A DNA stretch of 64,000 nt, from NCBI GenBank assembly GCA_049967655.1, contig JBMFSH010000007.1, positions 44,805-108,804 on the forward strand. The letters run 5' to 3'. The notes under the pieces were generated by a model, which ran no database searches, was not told where the DNA came from, and saw only the letters and a program-made list of their open reading frames with translations. This DNA comes from Acidobacteriota bacterium (GTDB taxonomy: Bacteria; Acidobacteriota; UBA4820; DSQY01). This document shows positions 1 through 9,812 of this stretch, in pieces. How positions within the stretch are numbered: the stretch's first letter is position 1; every line of letters starts with the position of its first letter. The translations under genes were made by a program, and so were the position numbers.

Positions 1-2
1 AC

Positions 3-608
3 GTTCTCGTGGGAAAGGCCATGGGCATGGCCGCGGGCTTCGGCCCCGCGCGCCCGGGAATCCTGCACCGCCTGGATAAGGAGACCTCGGGAGTCCTCCT
101 GCTGGCGAAGAACGATGCGGCGCACTCCGAGCTGGCCACCCAATTCAAAGACCGGCAGATCGAGAAGACTTACTGGGCCCTGGTCTGGGGCACCCTGGAG
201 CGGGACCCCTCGGAGGTGGATGCGCCCATCGGAAGGGACCCCCGAAACCGAAAACGCATGGCCGTGGTGTCAGGCGGCCGCCCCTCCAGGACCACCTTCC
301 GGACGCTGGAGGTGCTTCCCCACGTGAGCCTGGTGGAAGCCAGGCCCTTCACGGGGCGGACCCACCAGATCCGGGTGCACCTCGCCTCGCTCCGGCACCC
401 GGTGGTGGGCGACGCCCTCTACGGGGGGCACCCGGAAAACGGCTTGCCCTCCTCTCTCTTGCGGGCCCGCGTGCGGGCGGCGGGGAGGTTCTTTCTGCAC
501 GCGCGTTCTCTGACCTTCGTGAGCCCGGCGGCCGGGAGGGTGACGGTGACCTCTCCCCTCCCCGAGGAATTCGAGACGATCATCGAGGAGTTCCGGTGCC
601 ATGGATAA
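3..608 (+). CDS. RluA-family (RluD-like) RNA pseudouridine synthase, 5' end outside the window
   Basis: Catalytic HRLDKETSG motif, GRTHQIRVH and HPVVGDALYG motifs; frame is open to the window edge. Confidence 0.92.
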   Translation, partial: VLVGKAMGMAAGFGPARPGILHRLDKETSGVLLLAKNDAAHSELATQFKDRQIEKTYWALVWGTLERDPSEVDAPIGRDPRNRKRMAVVSGGRPSRTTFRTLEVLPHVSLVEARPFTGRTHQIRVHLASLRHPVVGDALYGGHPENGLPSSLLRARVRAAGRFFLHARSLTFVSPAAGRVTVTSPLPEEFETIIEEFRCHG

Positions 609-1476
609 GAAGATAGCCCTGATCGGATGCGGCAAGGCCGGACTGTCCCTGTCGCTCGCCCTGAAAGGGGCCGGCTGGGAGGTCGTGGGGTGCGCCTCTC
701 GCACCTCCGCCTCGGCCCGTGCGGGAGCGGACTGGCTCGCTTGTCCCCTGCTGGCCTCCTTTGGAGAGATCCCTGCGGGGGCGGCTCTCATCCTGGGGAT
801 CCCCGAAGGGGCCCTGCCGGAGGTGGAGTCCAGCGTGGCCCGGCAGGACCCGAACCTGAAGGGCCGCGTGATCCTTCACCTCAGCGGAGCCCTCCCCGCG
901 AGGGTCCTGGAGGCCTGCCGCCTTCGGGGCGCCAGCGTGGGGTCCATCCATCCGATCATGGCCCTGCCCGATCCGCTCACGGGGGCCAAGCGCCTAAAGG
1001 ACGCCACCTTCGCCATCGAGGGTCGTCCCGCGGCCCTGGAGGTCATGAGGGCCATCGCGCTGGCTCTCTCGGGGCGCTATTTCATCCTCTCTCCCAGGGG
1101 CAAGACGCTCTACCACGCCGCCGCCGTGGTGGCCTCCAACCACCTGGTGGCGCTCCTGGCCGACAGTCAGGAGCTGCTCGGCAGGGCCGGCGCCGACGCC
1201 ACCGTGGCCTGGCCGGCCTTCCAGGCGCTCGTGGAAGGGACCGTGAAGAACTTCTACTCGGGCGGGCCAGTCTCTTCTCTGACGGGCCCCGTGGAACGCG
1301 GCGACCTCAAAACGGTCAAGAAGCACCTGCAGGCACTCAAGCGCTGGCCGGAGGCACGGGAGCGCTACCGGTCCATGGCGTTGGGGGTCCTGGGGCTGGC
1401 CCGTCTGCGCCACCCCGAGCGGAGGGAGGCCCATGACGCCCTTGAAAAGCTCATCACCGGGTGGCACAGTAGCTAG
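601..1476 (+). CDS. Rossmann-like/DUF2520 oxidoreductase
   Basis: N-terminal IGCGKAG, HLSGA, YHAAAVVASN and LTGPVERGD motifs. Confidence 0.85.
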   Translation: MDKKIALIGCGKAGLSLSLALKGAGWEVVGCASRTSASARAGADWLACPLLASFGEIPAGAALILGIPEGALPEVESSVARQDPNLKGRVILHLSGALPARVLEACRLRGASVGSIHPIMALPDPLTGAKRLKDATFAIEGRPAALEVMRAIALALSGRYFILSPRGKTLYHAAAVVASNHLVALLADSQELLGRAGADATVAWPAFQALVEGTVKNFYSGGPVSSLTGPVERGDLKTVKKHLQALKRWPEARERYRSMALGVLGLARLRHPERREAHDALEKLITGWHSS

Positions 1477-1490
1477 GCTGGGGGAAGAGG

Positions 1491-2624
1491 ATGGCCTTTT
1501 TCAACTATGCGACAATGCAGATGGCCGCCAAGGTGGTCTACTACGGCCCGGGCCTCTGCGGGAAGACCACCAACCTCCAGTACATCTACAACAAGACGTC
1601 GCCCAAGTCGCGGGGCGAGATGGTCTCTCTGGAAACCGAGTCGGACCGCACTCTCTTTTTCGACCTTCTGCCCCTGGAGGTGGGGGTCATCGCCGGCTTT
1701 AAGACGCGATTCCAGCTCTACACCGTTCCCGGCCAGGTCTTCTACGGGGAGACTCGGCGGATGGTGCTCAAGGGTGTGGACGGCGTGGTCTTTGTGGCCG
1801 ACTCCCAGCGCCCCATGCGGGAGGCCAACATCGAGAGTCTGAAGGACCTGGAGAAGAACCTCCAGGACATGGGGGTCAACCTCGCCGACGTTCCGCTGGT
1901 GCTTCAGTTCAACAAGCGGGACCTGCCCAACCTCCTCACCGTCGAGGAGTTGAACCGGGATCTCAACTGGTGCGACTGGAGCCATTTCAGCGCCGTCGCC
2001 GTCAACGGGATGGGGGTATTCGACACCCTCAAGGGTATCAGCCGTCTCACCCTTCACGCCCTCAAGGGTAAGTTGGCCCGCCCAGCCGAAGCCGCAGCCC
2101 AGCCGGCGGCGTCCCCAGCCCCTGCTGCCGCTCTGCCGAGTCGGCCCGCCGAGGCATCGCCGGTGATCGCCGCCCCGCCTCCACCGCCTCCGCCCTCCCC
2201 GGTGGAGGTGGAGTTCGCCACCCTGGTCACCTCGGCCAGCGACAAGGAGTTGGCCCGGCGCGCCCCCAAACTGAAGACGGTCACCACCACCAGCGTCCGC
2301 GTGGCTTCCGAGCTGGACAGGATCCGGGAGAGCCTGCTCGGTCCCATCCTCTCCGCCTCCCGCCCCAAGGTGAAGGACCTGACCCCGCAACTGGACGACC
2401 TCCGCCGGCACTCTCTTCAGCACGCGCCGGCGGAGCCGGTCCTAGAGGTCCCACGCGAGGCCCTGCAGGGCCTGGATTCACTCGGCCTCCGGGTGATCGT
2501 GAAGGACGCCGGGGGCCGCGAGGCCTTCGTGGACAATCTCGCCGTGGGGTCTGAAGAGCTCCAGCGCACGGGAGACGGTTGGATCGTGAGGATCAGGCTG
2601 GCTCCCAAGCAGGAGGAGCCGTAG
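1491..2624 (+). CDS. mglA: MglA-family small Ras-like GTPase with a C-terminal extension of about 180 aa
   Basis: KVVYYGPGLCGKTTNL, DRTLFFDLLP, LYTVPGQVFY, GVDGVVFVADS, NKRD; then a Pro/Ala linker and an unknown domain. Confidence 0.88.
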   Translation: MAFFNYATMQMAAKVVYYGPGLCGKTTNLQYIYNKTSPKSRGEMVSLETESDRTLFFDLLPLEVGVIAGFKTRFQLYTVPGQVFYGETRRMVLKGVDGVVFVADSQRPMREANIESLKDLEKNLQDMGVNLADVPLVLQFNKRDLPNLLTVEELNRDLNWCDWSHFSAVAVNGMGVFDTLKGISRLTLHALKGKLARPAEAAAQPAASPAPAAALPSRPAEASPVIAAPPPPPPPSPVEVEFATLVTSASDKELARRAPKLKTVTTTSVRVASELDRIRESLLGPILSASRPKVKDLTPQLDDLRRHSLQHAPAEPVLEVPREALQGLDSLGLRVIVKDAGGREAFVDNLAVGSEELQRTGDGWIVRIRLAPKQEEP

Positions 2625-2635
2625 GGCCCTCGGCT

Positions 2636-3046
2636 TCAAAAGAGCTTGAAGCGTTTGCGCTTGCGCTCCTCCTCGAGGGCCAGCACCCGGCCCGAGAGCT
2701 CCTCCACCGCCTGCTTGAGCTTGAAATTCTCCTGCACGAGATTCTCGAAGACGTCGAGCAGGAGGTCCACGTCCCTGCGCAGCAACACGGGATCGCTCGT
2801 GGAGACGAGGGCCTCCTTGACCTCCTTCAGGGGCCGTCCCTGCTCGTGCACCAGGGAGTGAATGTGCTTGAGCTTCTCAATGTCGTCCTGCCGGAACCGC
2901 CTGTGCCCGCCGGGGGTCTTGGGGACCTCCAGGTAGTGCTTGAACTCGCGTTCGTAGAAGCGGATGGTGCTCACCGGGAGGCCCGTGGCCTCGGCCACGT
3001 ACCCGATGCTGTAAGTCTTCGGCTCCACGGGTGCGGGAGAAGTCAT
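2636..3046 (-). CDS. MerR-type HTH DNA-binding protein with coiled coil
   Basis: YSIGYVAEATGLPVSTIRFYE...TPGGHRRF; heptad-rich C-terminal half; ends RKRKRFKLF. Confidence 0.85.
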   Translation of the reverse strand: MTSPAPVEPKTYSIGYVAEATGLPVSTIRFYEREFKHYLEVPKTPGGHRRFRQDDIEKLKHIHSLVHEQGRPLKEVKEALVSTSDPVLLRRDVDLLLDVFENLVQENFKLKQAVEELSGRVLALEEERKRKRFKLF

Positions 3047-3400
3047 GGCGCCCTCGTCGCGGTTCCTCCGTCTCGACCATAGCAGATCGAAACCGGAGGA
3101 TCAAACCTCGATGGGCCGGCGGCAAGGCCGGCGCGCCCGCGCGCTGGCCAGCGTGCAGGTTACCGGCCGCGTGGCCCAGCGGGCACGCCCCCAATGGGAG
3201 ACCGCTTTCGCCCGCATCGGGTCGACATCTGCGCGGAGACGTTGCTGGGACGGGCTAGTGCCCCTACATTGTCATTGCGGGCGCGGCGAAAGGCGGAATC
3301 TGTCCTCGTTTGCGGACAACTGGCCAGGTCCCCGGGCAAGGGATGCCGAGGCCGGAGGCGGGGGGCGCCCGTGCCGGAGATCGGGCAGTCGAGGTTGTGA

Positions 3401-3416
3401 TGGCATAGACCTTGCA
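3401..3416 (+). promoter_or_regulatory. sigma54 -24/-12 promoter
   Basis: TGGCATAGACCTTGCA fits TGGCA-N6-TTGCA, about 30 nt upstream of the ATG at 3448, which has an AAGGAGG RBS. Confidence 0.7.
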
Positions 3417-3447
3417 ATTCGACAGGGGTCGAAAAGGAGGTGCTGGA

Positions 3448-4053
3448 ATGTTAAGACCCAAGCTTTGGTTTGCCGCGCTGGCCATGGGGCTGCTGGCCGT
3501 GGGCGCCCTGGCGGCCAAGGAGAACGTCAAGAAGCTCTCAGCCTACGGATACGTGGGGAGGCAGGGAGACGTCTCCCTCGTGGTGGACATGGACGTCGCC
3601 CGCTATCGCGGCGGAGAAAAATACATCCCCTTGCTCATCTGGCTGGGCAACGCCGAGAATAAGACCCTCCACGCCGAACGGGGCTCCTTCACGCTCGTGG
3701 ACCCCAAGGGTGAATCCCATCCCCTGGCCACTCCCGAGGCCGTGACCCAGAATTACGGGCCGGGCCTCATTTCCAATGACTACTCCTACCTGCGCACCAT
3801 GCCCGACTATGCCAGGATGATCTATCTCTCCTGCCAGCCCATCCGCCACGTCGCCTTCTTCCCCAACCCCGCGGGGCGGCCGGGGGTGCTCTACGATCAC
3901 GTGGAGCTGCCCAACCACACCTTTTTCCATGCGCTGCTCTACTTCGCCAATCCGGCCGGCAAGGATCCCGGGAAGTACACGCTCATCTACGACGACCCGG
4001 GGAGCAAGACCCACATCGGAATCCCCTTCACCATCCCCTGGTTCAAGAGCTAG
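3448..4053 (+). CDS. Hypothetical exported protein (Sec signal peptide)
   Basis: Strong RBS; MLRPKLWFAALAMGLLAVGALA-A signal; codon usage like its neighbours. Confidence 0.75.
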   Translation: MLRPKLWFAALAMGLLAVGALAAKENVKKLSAYGYVGRQGDVSLVVDMDVARYRGGEKYIPLLIWLGNAENKTLHAERGSFTLVDPKGESHPLATPEAVTQNYGPGLISNDYSYLRTMPDYARMIYLSCQPIRHVAFFPNPAGRPGVLYDHVELPNHTFFHALLYFANPAGKDPGKYTLIYDDPGSKTHIGIPFTIPWFKS

Positions 4054-4079
4054 AACCGGTATTCCGCCGCGCGGCACCG

Positions 4080-4103
4080 AGGGCCGGGACCACCCGGCCC
4101 TTT
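4080..4103 (+). terminator. Putative terminator hairpin
   Basis: AGGGCCGGG-ACCA-CCCGGCCCT followed by a short T run, after the stop at 4053. Confidence 0.4.
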
Positions 4104-4123
4104 CCGTATCTCCGTGGACGATG

Positions 4124-4132
4124 TGCTATAAT
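4124..4132 (+). promoter_or_regulatory. Extended -10 promoter for the rsmI operon
   Basis: TGCTATAAT 28 nt before the ATG. Confidence 0.6.
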
Positions 4133-4160
4133 CCGCCCTCCCGAGGGGGGCGGTGCGCGC

Positions 4161-4976
4161 ATGGGTGCGTTGTACGTGGTGGCCACTCCAATCGGCAACA
4201 TGGGTGACATCACCTTCCGGGCGGTGGAGGTCCTGAAAGAGGTGGACTGCATCCTCTGCGAGGACACCCGGGTGACGCGCAAGCTCATCCAGCGGTTCGG
4301 GATCCAGAAGCCGCTGCGCTCCCACTTTGCGGGCAACGAGGAGGGGAGGGCCGCGCAGGTGGTCCAGGAGCTCAGCGAGGGCAGAAGCATGGCCCTCGTC
4401 ACGGACGCGGGAACCCCCTGCATCTCCGATCCGGGTTATCTGCTCGTGAGGGCCTGCCGTGCCGAAGGCATCCCGGTGATTACCATACCGGGCCCGTCGG
4501 CGTTGTCCGCGGGCCTGTCGGTATGCGGCTTGCCCACGAGCCGTGTCCTCTTCCTCGGCTTTCCTCCCAGGCGGAAGTCGGAGCGGCAACGGCTGTTGCA
4601 GTCACTGAGGACGGACCCCGCGACCCTCGTTTTTTACGAAGCCCCGCACCGCATCCGCGCGCTTCTGGAGGATGCCCTGGCGCTCCTCCCCGACCGGGAG
4701 TGCGTGGTCGAGCGGGAGCTCACCAAGCGGTTCGAGTCCGTAGCGGTGGTGACGGAGGCCGCCGCCGTCCCCGAGCGGGGCGAGCTCGTGGTGATCTTCG
4801 GCCCCCCGAGCGGGGCCGCGCCAAATGAAGAGATCTCGAAGGAGGACGTGGCCGATCACGTGGCGCGCCTCATCGCGGAGGGTGTGGAGGAGAGGGAGGC
4901 CCTGCGCCGGGTGGCCAGGGAGCGGAAGGTCTCTCGCCGTGAAGTCTACCGGATGGTGAAGGTGAAAGAACCGTGA
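4161..4976 (+). CDS. rsmI: 16S rRNA (cytidine1402-2'-O)-methyltransferase
   Basis: LYVVATPIGN, CEDTR, DAGTPCISDPG, FYEAPHR, RELTKRFE. Confidence 0.93.
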   Translation: MGALYVVATPIGNMGDITFRAVEVLKEVDCILCEDTRVTRKLIQRFGIQKPLRSHFAGNEEGRAAQVVQELSEGRSMALVTDAGTPCISDPGYLLVRACRAEGIPVITIPGPSALSAGLSVCGLPTSRVLFLGFPPRRKSERQRLLQSLRTDPATLVFYEAPHRIRALLEDALALLPDRECVVERELTKRFESVAVVTEAAAVPERGELVVIFGPPSGAAPNEEISKEDVADHVARLIAEGVEEREALRRVARERKVSRREVYRMVKVKEP

Positions 4977-5992
4977 ATCTCACGAAAGCGGATTTCGAGC
5001 CCGTTGCCAGAGCCCTGCTGGAGGCCAGGACCCTCTGCCTGACCACCCACGTCAAGAGCGACGGCGACGGGATCGGCAGCGAGCTGGCTCTCCTGAGGGC
5101 CTTGCGGGGCCTGGGGAAGAGAGTCCGGGTCATCAACGACACGGTGGTGCCCCGAGGGCTCCAGTTCCTCGCCGAGGACGGCGAGATCCTCCTGTACGAT
5201 CCCAAGCGCGATGAGCCCTTCCTCGAAGAGGCGGACACGCTGGTCGTGCTGGACGTGGCCTTGACCTACCGGCTGGGCCGCATGGAAGAGCCCTTCAAGA
5301 GGAGCCGGGCGGTCAAGATTTGCCTGGATCATCACACCGAGTCCGACCCGGCCTTCGACTATCTCCTCTCGGACATCACCGTGGGGTCCACCGGAGAGCT
5401 GCTCTTCGAGCTCCTGAAGGTGGCCGGCATCCCCCTGGGCTGCAACGTAGCCATGCCTCTCTACGCCTCCATCAGCGTGGATACGGGCTCCTTCGCCTAC
5501 GAGCGGTGCACGCCGAGGACCTTCCGCATCGCCTCCGAGTTGGTGGCGGCGGGGGCCGAGCCCTACCAAGTCCACCTGAACCTCAACTGGCAGAGGCGCT
5601 TGGCCGAGGTCAAGCTGGAGGGGGACGTGATCCAGAGGCTGCGGCTGGACGGTTCGGGGGAGATCGCCTATTCGGAGGTATCCAGGGACACGCTTCAGCG
5701 CTACGGCATTGACCCCATGGAGATTCCCACCGTCGTGAATATCCCCCTCTCCATCGGAGGGGTGGAGCTCGCGTTGCTCTTCGTCGAGTTGGACCCCTGC
5801 TGTGTGAACGTCTCGGCTCGCAGCAAGGGGAAGCTCCAGGTCAACGCGCTGGCGAGGCGGTTCGGAGGCGGAGGCCACCCGCTGGCGGCGGGCTTCTGCG
5901 TGCGGGCCCCCCTGGATGTGGCCCAGGCCAGGGTTCTGGAGGCGGCGCGGGAGCTCCTGGGGCACCCGGCCCGCTTGTGTGACTCGGCCTGA
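4973..5992 (+). CDS. nrnA: DHH-family bifunctional oligoribonuclease/PAP phosphatase (NrnA-like)
   Basis: HVKSDGDGIGS, LDHH, DTGSF, FGGGGHPLAAG (DHHA1). Confidence 0.85.
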   Translation: MNLTKADFEPVARALLEARTLCLTTHVKSDGDGIGSELALLRALRGLGKRVRVINDTVVPRGLQFLAEDGEILLYDPKRDEPFLEEADTLVVLDVALTYRLGRMEEPFKRSRAVKICLDHHTESDPAFDYLLSDITVGSTGELLFELLKVAGIPLGCNVAMPLYASISVDTGSFAYERCTPRTFRIASELVAAGAEPYQVHLNLNWQRRLAEVKLEGDVIQRLRLDGSGEIAYSEVSRDTLQRYGIDPMEIPTVVNIPLSIGGVELALLFVELDPCCVNVSARSKGKLQVNALARRFGGGGHPLAAGFCVRAPLDVAQARVLEAARELLGHPARLCDSA

Positions 5993-6033
5993 CGGTTCGG
6001 TGGGAGGCCTGCAGCCGGCACGGGGAGGGGGAC

Positions 6034-7017
6034 GTGAAGCGCTTGAGAGGCCAAGTCGTTCTCCTCCTCGGCAGCCTGCTCGCGCTGGTGGCTGGCGGCA
6101 CGCTGGGCTACATGGCCATCGAACACCTCTCCCCCATCGACGCGCTCTTTCTCACGGTCATCACCCTCTCCACCGTCGGCTTCGGGACGTTGATCCCGCT
6201 GAGCGATGCCGGTAAACTCTTCACCATCGGATTGATCGTCGTCGGCGTCGCGACCTTCTCCTTCTACCTGTCGCGGCTCTTCTCGATGATCGTTGAGCGC
6301 GGGTTCCTGGAGGTCCTGGAGAAGCGCCGCTTGCACCGAAATATTGACGAACTCTCGGGTCACTACGTGGTATGCGGCCACGGACGAATCGGCTCCGTGG
6401 TGGCCTCGGAACTTCGCCAGAAGGAGGTCCCGCTGGTGGTGCTGGAGAGCCGGGCCGAGGAGGTGGAGGCGCTGACCGAGGCGGAGGTTCTCGCTCTGCA
6501 AGGCGATGCCCGCGAGGAGGCCCTCCTTCGGCAGGCCGGTGTTGAGCGGGCCAAGGGGCTCGTAGCCCTCATGCCCACCGACGCCGACAACCTGTACATC
6601 ATCCTCACCGCCAAGGAGATCAACCCTTCGCTGACCATCATCGCCAGGGCCAATACCCTCGGCGCGGAGCGCCACCTCATGGCCGCCGGGGCGCACCACG
6701 TCATCAGCCCCCACCGCGAGGGCGGCAAGCGGATTGCCCGCATGATCCTCAACCCGAACGTGGTGGAATGCATGGAAATGGTCACCGGCCGTCGAAACGT
6801 CGAGCTGCAGATGGAGGAGATCGCCATCGGCGAGCGGAGCCCCCTGGCGGGGAAGTCCCTGCTGGAATCCGGGCTCCTGCAGAAGCACCGCATTCTCGTG
6901 GTGGCCGTCAAGCACGGCGACGGCACCATCACCTTCAACCCCGAAGGTAGCACCCGCATCCAGGCCGGAGACGCCCTGGTGACGCTGGGGCCGGCCCGGA
7001 CCGAGGCGCAGTTCTAA
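6034..7017 (+). CDS. 2-TM potassium channel with RCK (TrkA-N/TrkA-C) domains
   Basis: Two TM helices around the TVGFG selectivity filter; HYVVCGHGRIG RCK Rossmann motif; FNP TrkA-C. Confidence 0.9.
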   Translation: MKRLRGQVVLLLGSLLALVAGGTLGYMAIEHLSPIDALFLTVITLSTVGFGTLIPLSDAGKLFTIGLIVVGVATFSFYLSRLFSMIVERGFLEVLEKRRLHRNIDELSGHYVVCGHGRIGSVVASELRQKEVPLVVLESRAEEVEALTEAEVLALQGDAREEALLRQAGVERAKGLVALMPTDADNLYIILTAKEINPSLTIIARANTLGAERHLMAAGAHHVISPHREGGKRIARMILNPNVVECMEMVTGRRNVELQMEEIAIGERSPLAGKSLLESGLLQKHRILVVAVKHGDGTITFNPEGSTRIQAGDALVTLGPARTEAQF

Positions 7018-7038
7018 CTCACGATTCAGGAGGCCGAG

Positions 7039-8220
7039 ATGTCTGAAGTCGTTATTCTGTCGGGCGCCCGAACGGGCATCGGCAAGTTCATGGGGGCCCT
7101 TACCCCCTTCACCGCCCCCGAGCTCGGCGCCTTCGCCCTCAAGGAGGCCATGGCCCGAGGCAAGGTGCAGCCCCAGGAGGTGGAGGAGGTGATCATGGGC
7201 AACGTGCTGCAGGCGGGGGTGGGGCAGAACCCGGCCAGGCAGGCGGCGCTCAAAGCGGGGCTCCCCGTCTCCGTGGCGGCCTTTACGGCCAACAAGGTCT
7301 GCGGCTCGGGGCTCAAGGCCGTGATGCTCGCGGCGCAGGCCATCAAGGCCGGGGACGCCAAGGTGCTCCTGGCCGGCGGCATGGAATCCATGACCAATGC
7401 CCCTTACATCCTGCGCAAAGCCCGCATGGGACTTCGCCTGGGCCACGGCGAGGTGACCGACGTGATGGTTGCCGACGGCCTCACCGACGCCTACGACGGC
7501 CAGCACATGGGGATGACCGCCGAACTGGTGGCCAAGGAGTACACCGTCTCCCGCGAGGCCATGGATGCCTATTCCGTGGAGAGCCACCGACGGGCCGCGG
7601 CCGCGTGGAGCGCGGGGAAGTTCGATGCCGAGACGGTTACCGTGCCCATCCCAGCGAAGAAGGGCGATCCCGTCCCCTTCCGGTCGGACGAGGGTATCCG
7701 GGCCGACGTGACGGCCGAAGCCCTCGCCAAGCTCAAGCCGGCCTTCGTCAAGGACGGGGTCGTCACGGCGGGCAACGCCAGCCAGATTAGCGACGCCGGC
7801 GCGGCGGTGGTGGTGTGCACCCGGGAAATCGCGGAGGCGAAGGGGGTTACCCCCCTGGCTCGGATCGTCGCCTACGCCACGTCGGGGCTCGAGCCCAAGT
7901 GGGTCATGATGACTCCCGAGCCCGCCGTGCGCGCGGCCGCCGCCAAGGCGGGGTGGGACCTCAAGACGGTGGACCTCTTCGAGCTCAACGAGGCCTTCGC
8001 CGCCCAGTCCTGCGCCCTGCTTCGCGTGCTGGAGCTTCCCGCGGAGAAGGTCAACGTCCACGGCGGGGCGGTGGCGCTGGGCCATCCCATCGGGGCTTCC
8101 GGTACGCGCTGCCTGCTCACGCTGCTGTACGCCATGAAGGACCGGGGCGCCAAGCGCGGCATCGTCTCCCTGTGCCTCGGTGGCGGCAACGGTGTGGCGA
8201 TGGCGGTGGAGGCCCTGTAG
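7039..8220 (+). CDS. Acetyl-CoA C-acetyltransferase (thiolase)
   Basis: [27 protein letters not shown]. Confidence 0.95.
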   Translation: MSEVVILSGARTGIGKFMGALTPFTAPELGAFALKEAMARGKVQPQEVEEVIMGNVLQAGVGQNPARQAALKAGLPVSVAAFTANKVCGSGLKAVMLAAQAIKAGDAKVLLAGGMESMTNAPYILRKARMGLRLGHGEVTDVMVADGLTDAYDGQHMGMTAELVAKEYTVSREAMDAYSVESHRRAAAAWSAGKFDAETVTVPIPAKKGDPVPFRSDEGIRADVTAEALAKLKPAFVKDGVVTAGNASQISDAGAAVVVCTREIAEAKGVTPLARIVAYATSGLEPKWVMMTPEPAVRAAAAKAGWDLKTVDLFELNEAFAAQSCALLRVLELPAEKVNVHGGAVALGHPIGASGTRCLLTLLYAMKDRGAKRGIVSLCLGGGNGVAMAVEAL

Positions 8221-8269
8221 GGCGGAGGACTCTTCGTGGGGGGTGGAGGCCATAAGGCCGACGAGCGGT

Positions 8270-8330
8270 GAGGGGGTGCGGGGGGCGGGAAGGCCCTCCG
8301 CCCGAAGGGCCTCCCGCGTGAGGGCAGGGA
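8270..8330. repeat. GC-rich palindromic element X, copy 1
   Basis: GAGGGGGTGCGGGGGGCGGG...GAGGGCAGGGA, repeated with few mismatches at 8544-8604. Confidence 0.8.
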
Positions 8331-8349
8331 GGAGGCCAATGGATTCTGC

Positions 8350-8377
8350 TTGACTCCCGCCCCCGTTCATGTACAAT
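8350..8377 (+). promoter_or_regulatory. sigma70 promoter of tRNA-Asp
   Basis: TTGACT-N16-TACAAT. Confidence 0.75.
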
Positions 8378-8391
8378 GACTGGGCATGGGC

Positions 8392-8543
<152 letters not shown>

Positions 8544-8548
<5 letters not shown>

Positions 8549-8604
8549 GGTGCGGGGGGCGGGGAGGCCCCCCGCCCGAAGGGCTACCCGCGCGAGGGCA
8601 GGGA
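8544..8604. repeat. GC-rich palindromic element X, copy 2
   Basis: Near-identical to 8270-8330. Confidence 0.8.
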
Positions 8605-8688
8605 AGAGCAGCGAGCGCGGCGAAGCCGCGGGAGCGCCGAGGAGGGGCGGCAGAGCCCCTCCTCGGGGAGCGGAAGCGACGGGAGCGT

Positions 8689-8792
8689 GGTTCGAGCCCC
8701 GTCGGCCCCGCCAAAAGGATGCGAAGGATGCCCCGGGTGGAGACGCCCGGGGCTTTGTTGTTGGGAGGGCGAGAAGCCGCGGCCGGCGAGGG
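8689..8792 (+). repeat. 104-bp direct repeat, copy 2 (tRNA-Asp 3' fragment + terminator)
   Basis: GGTTCGAGCCCCGTCGGCCCCGCCA... duplicated from 8445. Confidence 0.9.
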
Positions 8793-8810
8793 CGAGCGGC
8801 CTTTCCGTCG

Positions 8811-9473
8811 TCAGAGCAGCGACAACAACTCCAGAGGGTGGTGGAGCAGCAAGCGGGCGCCCGCCGCCCGGAGTTCGTCTTCGGATCGAAATCCCCAGAG
8901 GGCCCCCACGGGAATCATCCCCGCGGCCATGGCGGCCAGGACGTCCGTGGGGCCGTCGCCCAGGAAGAGAACCGCCTCGCGGGGTACGCCGAAGCGTGCG
9001 GCGATGGCCACGGCCCCCGCCGGGTCCGGTTTGCGGGGAACCTCCTCTCCGGCGCCGAGAACCGCAGAGAAGCTCCAGCGCGGAAGAAGGCGGGCCACGC
9101 ATGCCCGGGTGAAATCGTTGGGCTTGTTGGAGAGCACGGCGATGGGTACGGATCGTGCGCCGAGGGCGTCCAGCAGGTCGGGGATGCCAGGGTAGGGGCG
9201 CGTGGTGCGGTCCCACCGCCGCCCGTACTCCTCCCGCATGTCGAGGATGCACTCCTCCAGAAGGCTTCCGCTACGGTTCCCCTCGGGAAGCGCCCGCTGA
9301 ACCAGAAGCTCCATCCCCTCGCCGACGAAGATCCTGTAGGCATCCTCCGGGTGCGCGGGAAATCCCCTCTTCCTTAGGACCGCGTTCATGGAGTCGGCCA
9401 GGTCCTTCAGGGAATCGAGGAGGGTGCCGTCCAGGTCGAAGAGAACCGCCTGGACGCGGCAGAATGGGCCCAT
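8811..9473 (-). CDS. HAD-family hydrolase (phosphoglycolate phosphatase-like)
   Basis: FDLDGTL, SNK, RKPDP, LGDGPTD, ALWGF. Confidence 0.9.
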   Translation of the reverse strand: MGPFCRVQAVLFDLDGTLLDSLKDLADSMNAVLRKRGFPAHPEDAYRIFVGEGMELLVQRALPEGNRSGSLLEECILDMREEYGRRWDRTTRPYPGIPDLLDALGARSVPIAVLSNKPNDFTRACVARLLPRWSFSAVLGAGEEVPRKPDPAGAVAIAARFGVPREAVLFLGDGPTDVLAAMAAGMIPVGALWGFRSEDELRAAGARLLLHHPLELLSLL

Positions 9474-9812
9474 GAGCGACACCTCTCTTCCGTACCGGCA
9501 GGCGCCGCAAGCCCCGTGACTGCGGCCTCGGCACGGCGAAGGCATTCTATCCTTCGCCGCGAGGTCCCGCAAAGACCTGAGCCGCTATCAGGCCGCCGCG
9601 GCCCATGGGGCGGCCAAAGTCGCCCCGGGATAAGGCATTGATCTCATTGGAGAAGACCCCCTCCCTATCTCCGCCTTGCCGCACGCCGCGGAGCTCGCCA
9701 AACTGATCCGTGGCCTGCCGCATCATCAGGGCGTTGAAGATCCGCATCGCCAGCCCAGAGGGCCCGGATGAGCCTGGGCTGGGGTACAATAAAAGCTTGG
9801 GCGGAGGCGGTC

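Noticed and set aside
5701..8376. 891-aa minus-strand ORF
   Set aside because: Antisense shadow of the nrnA, K+ channel and thiolase genes; typical of high-GC codon bias, with no motifs
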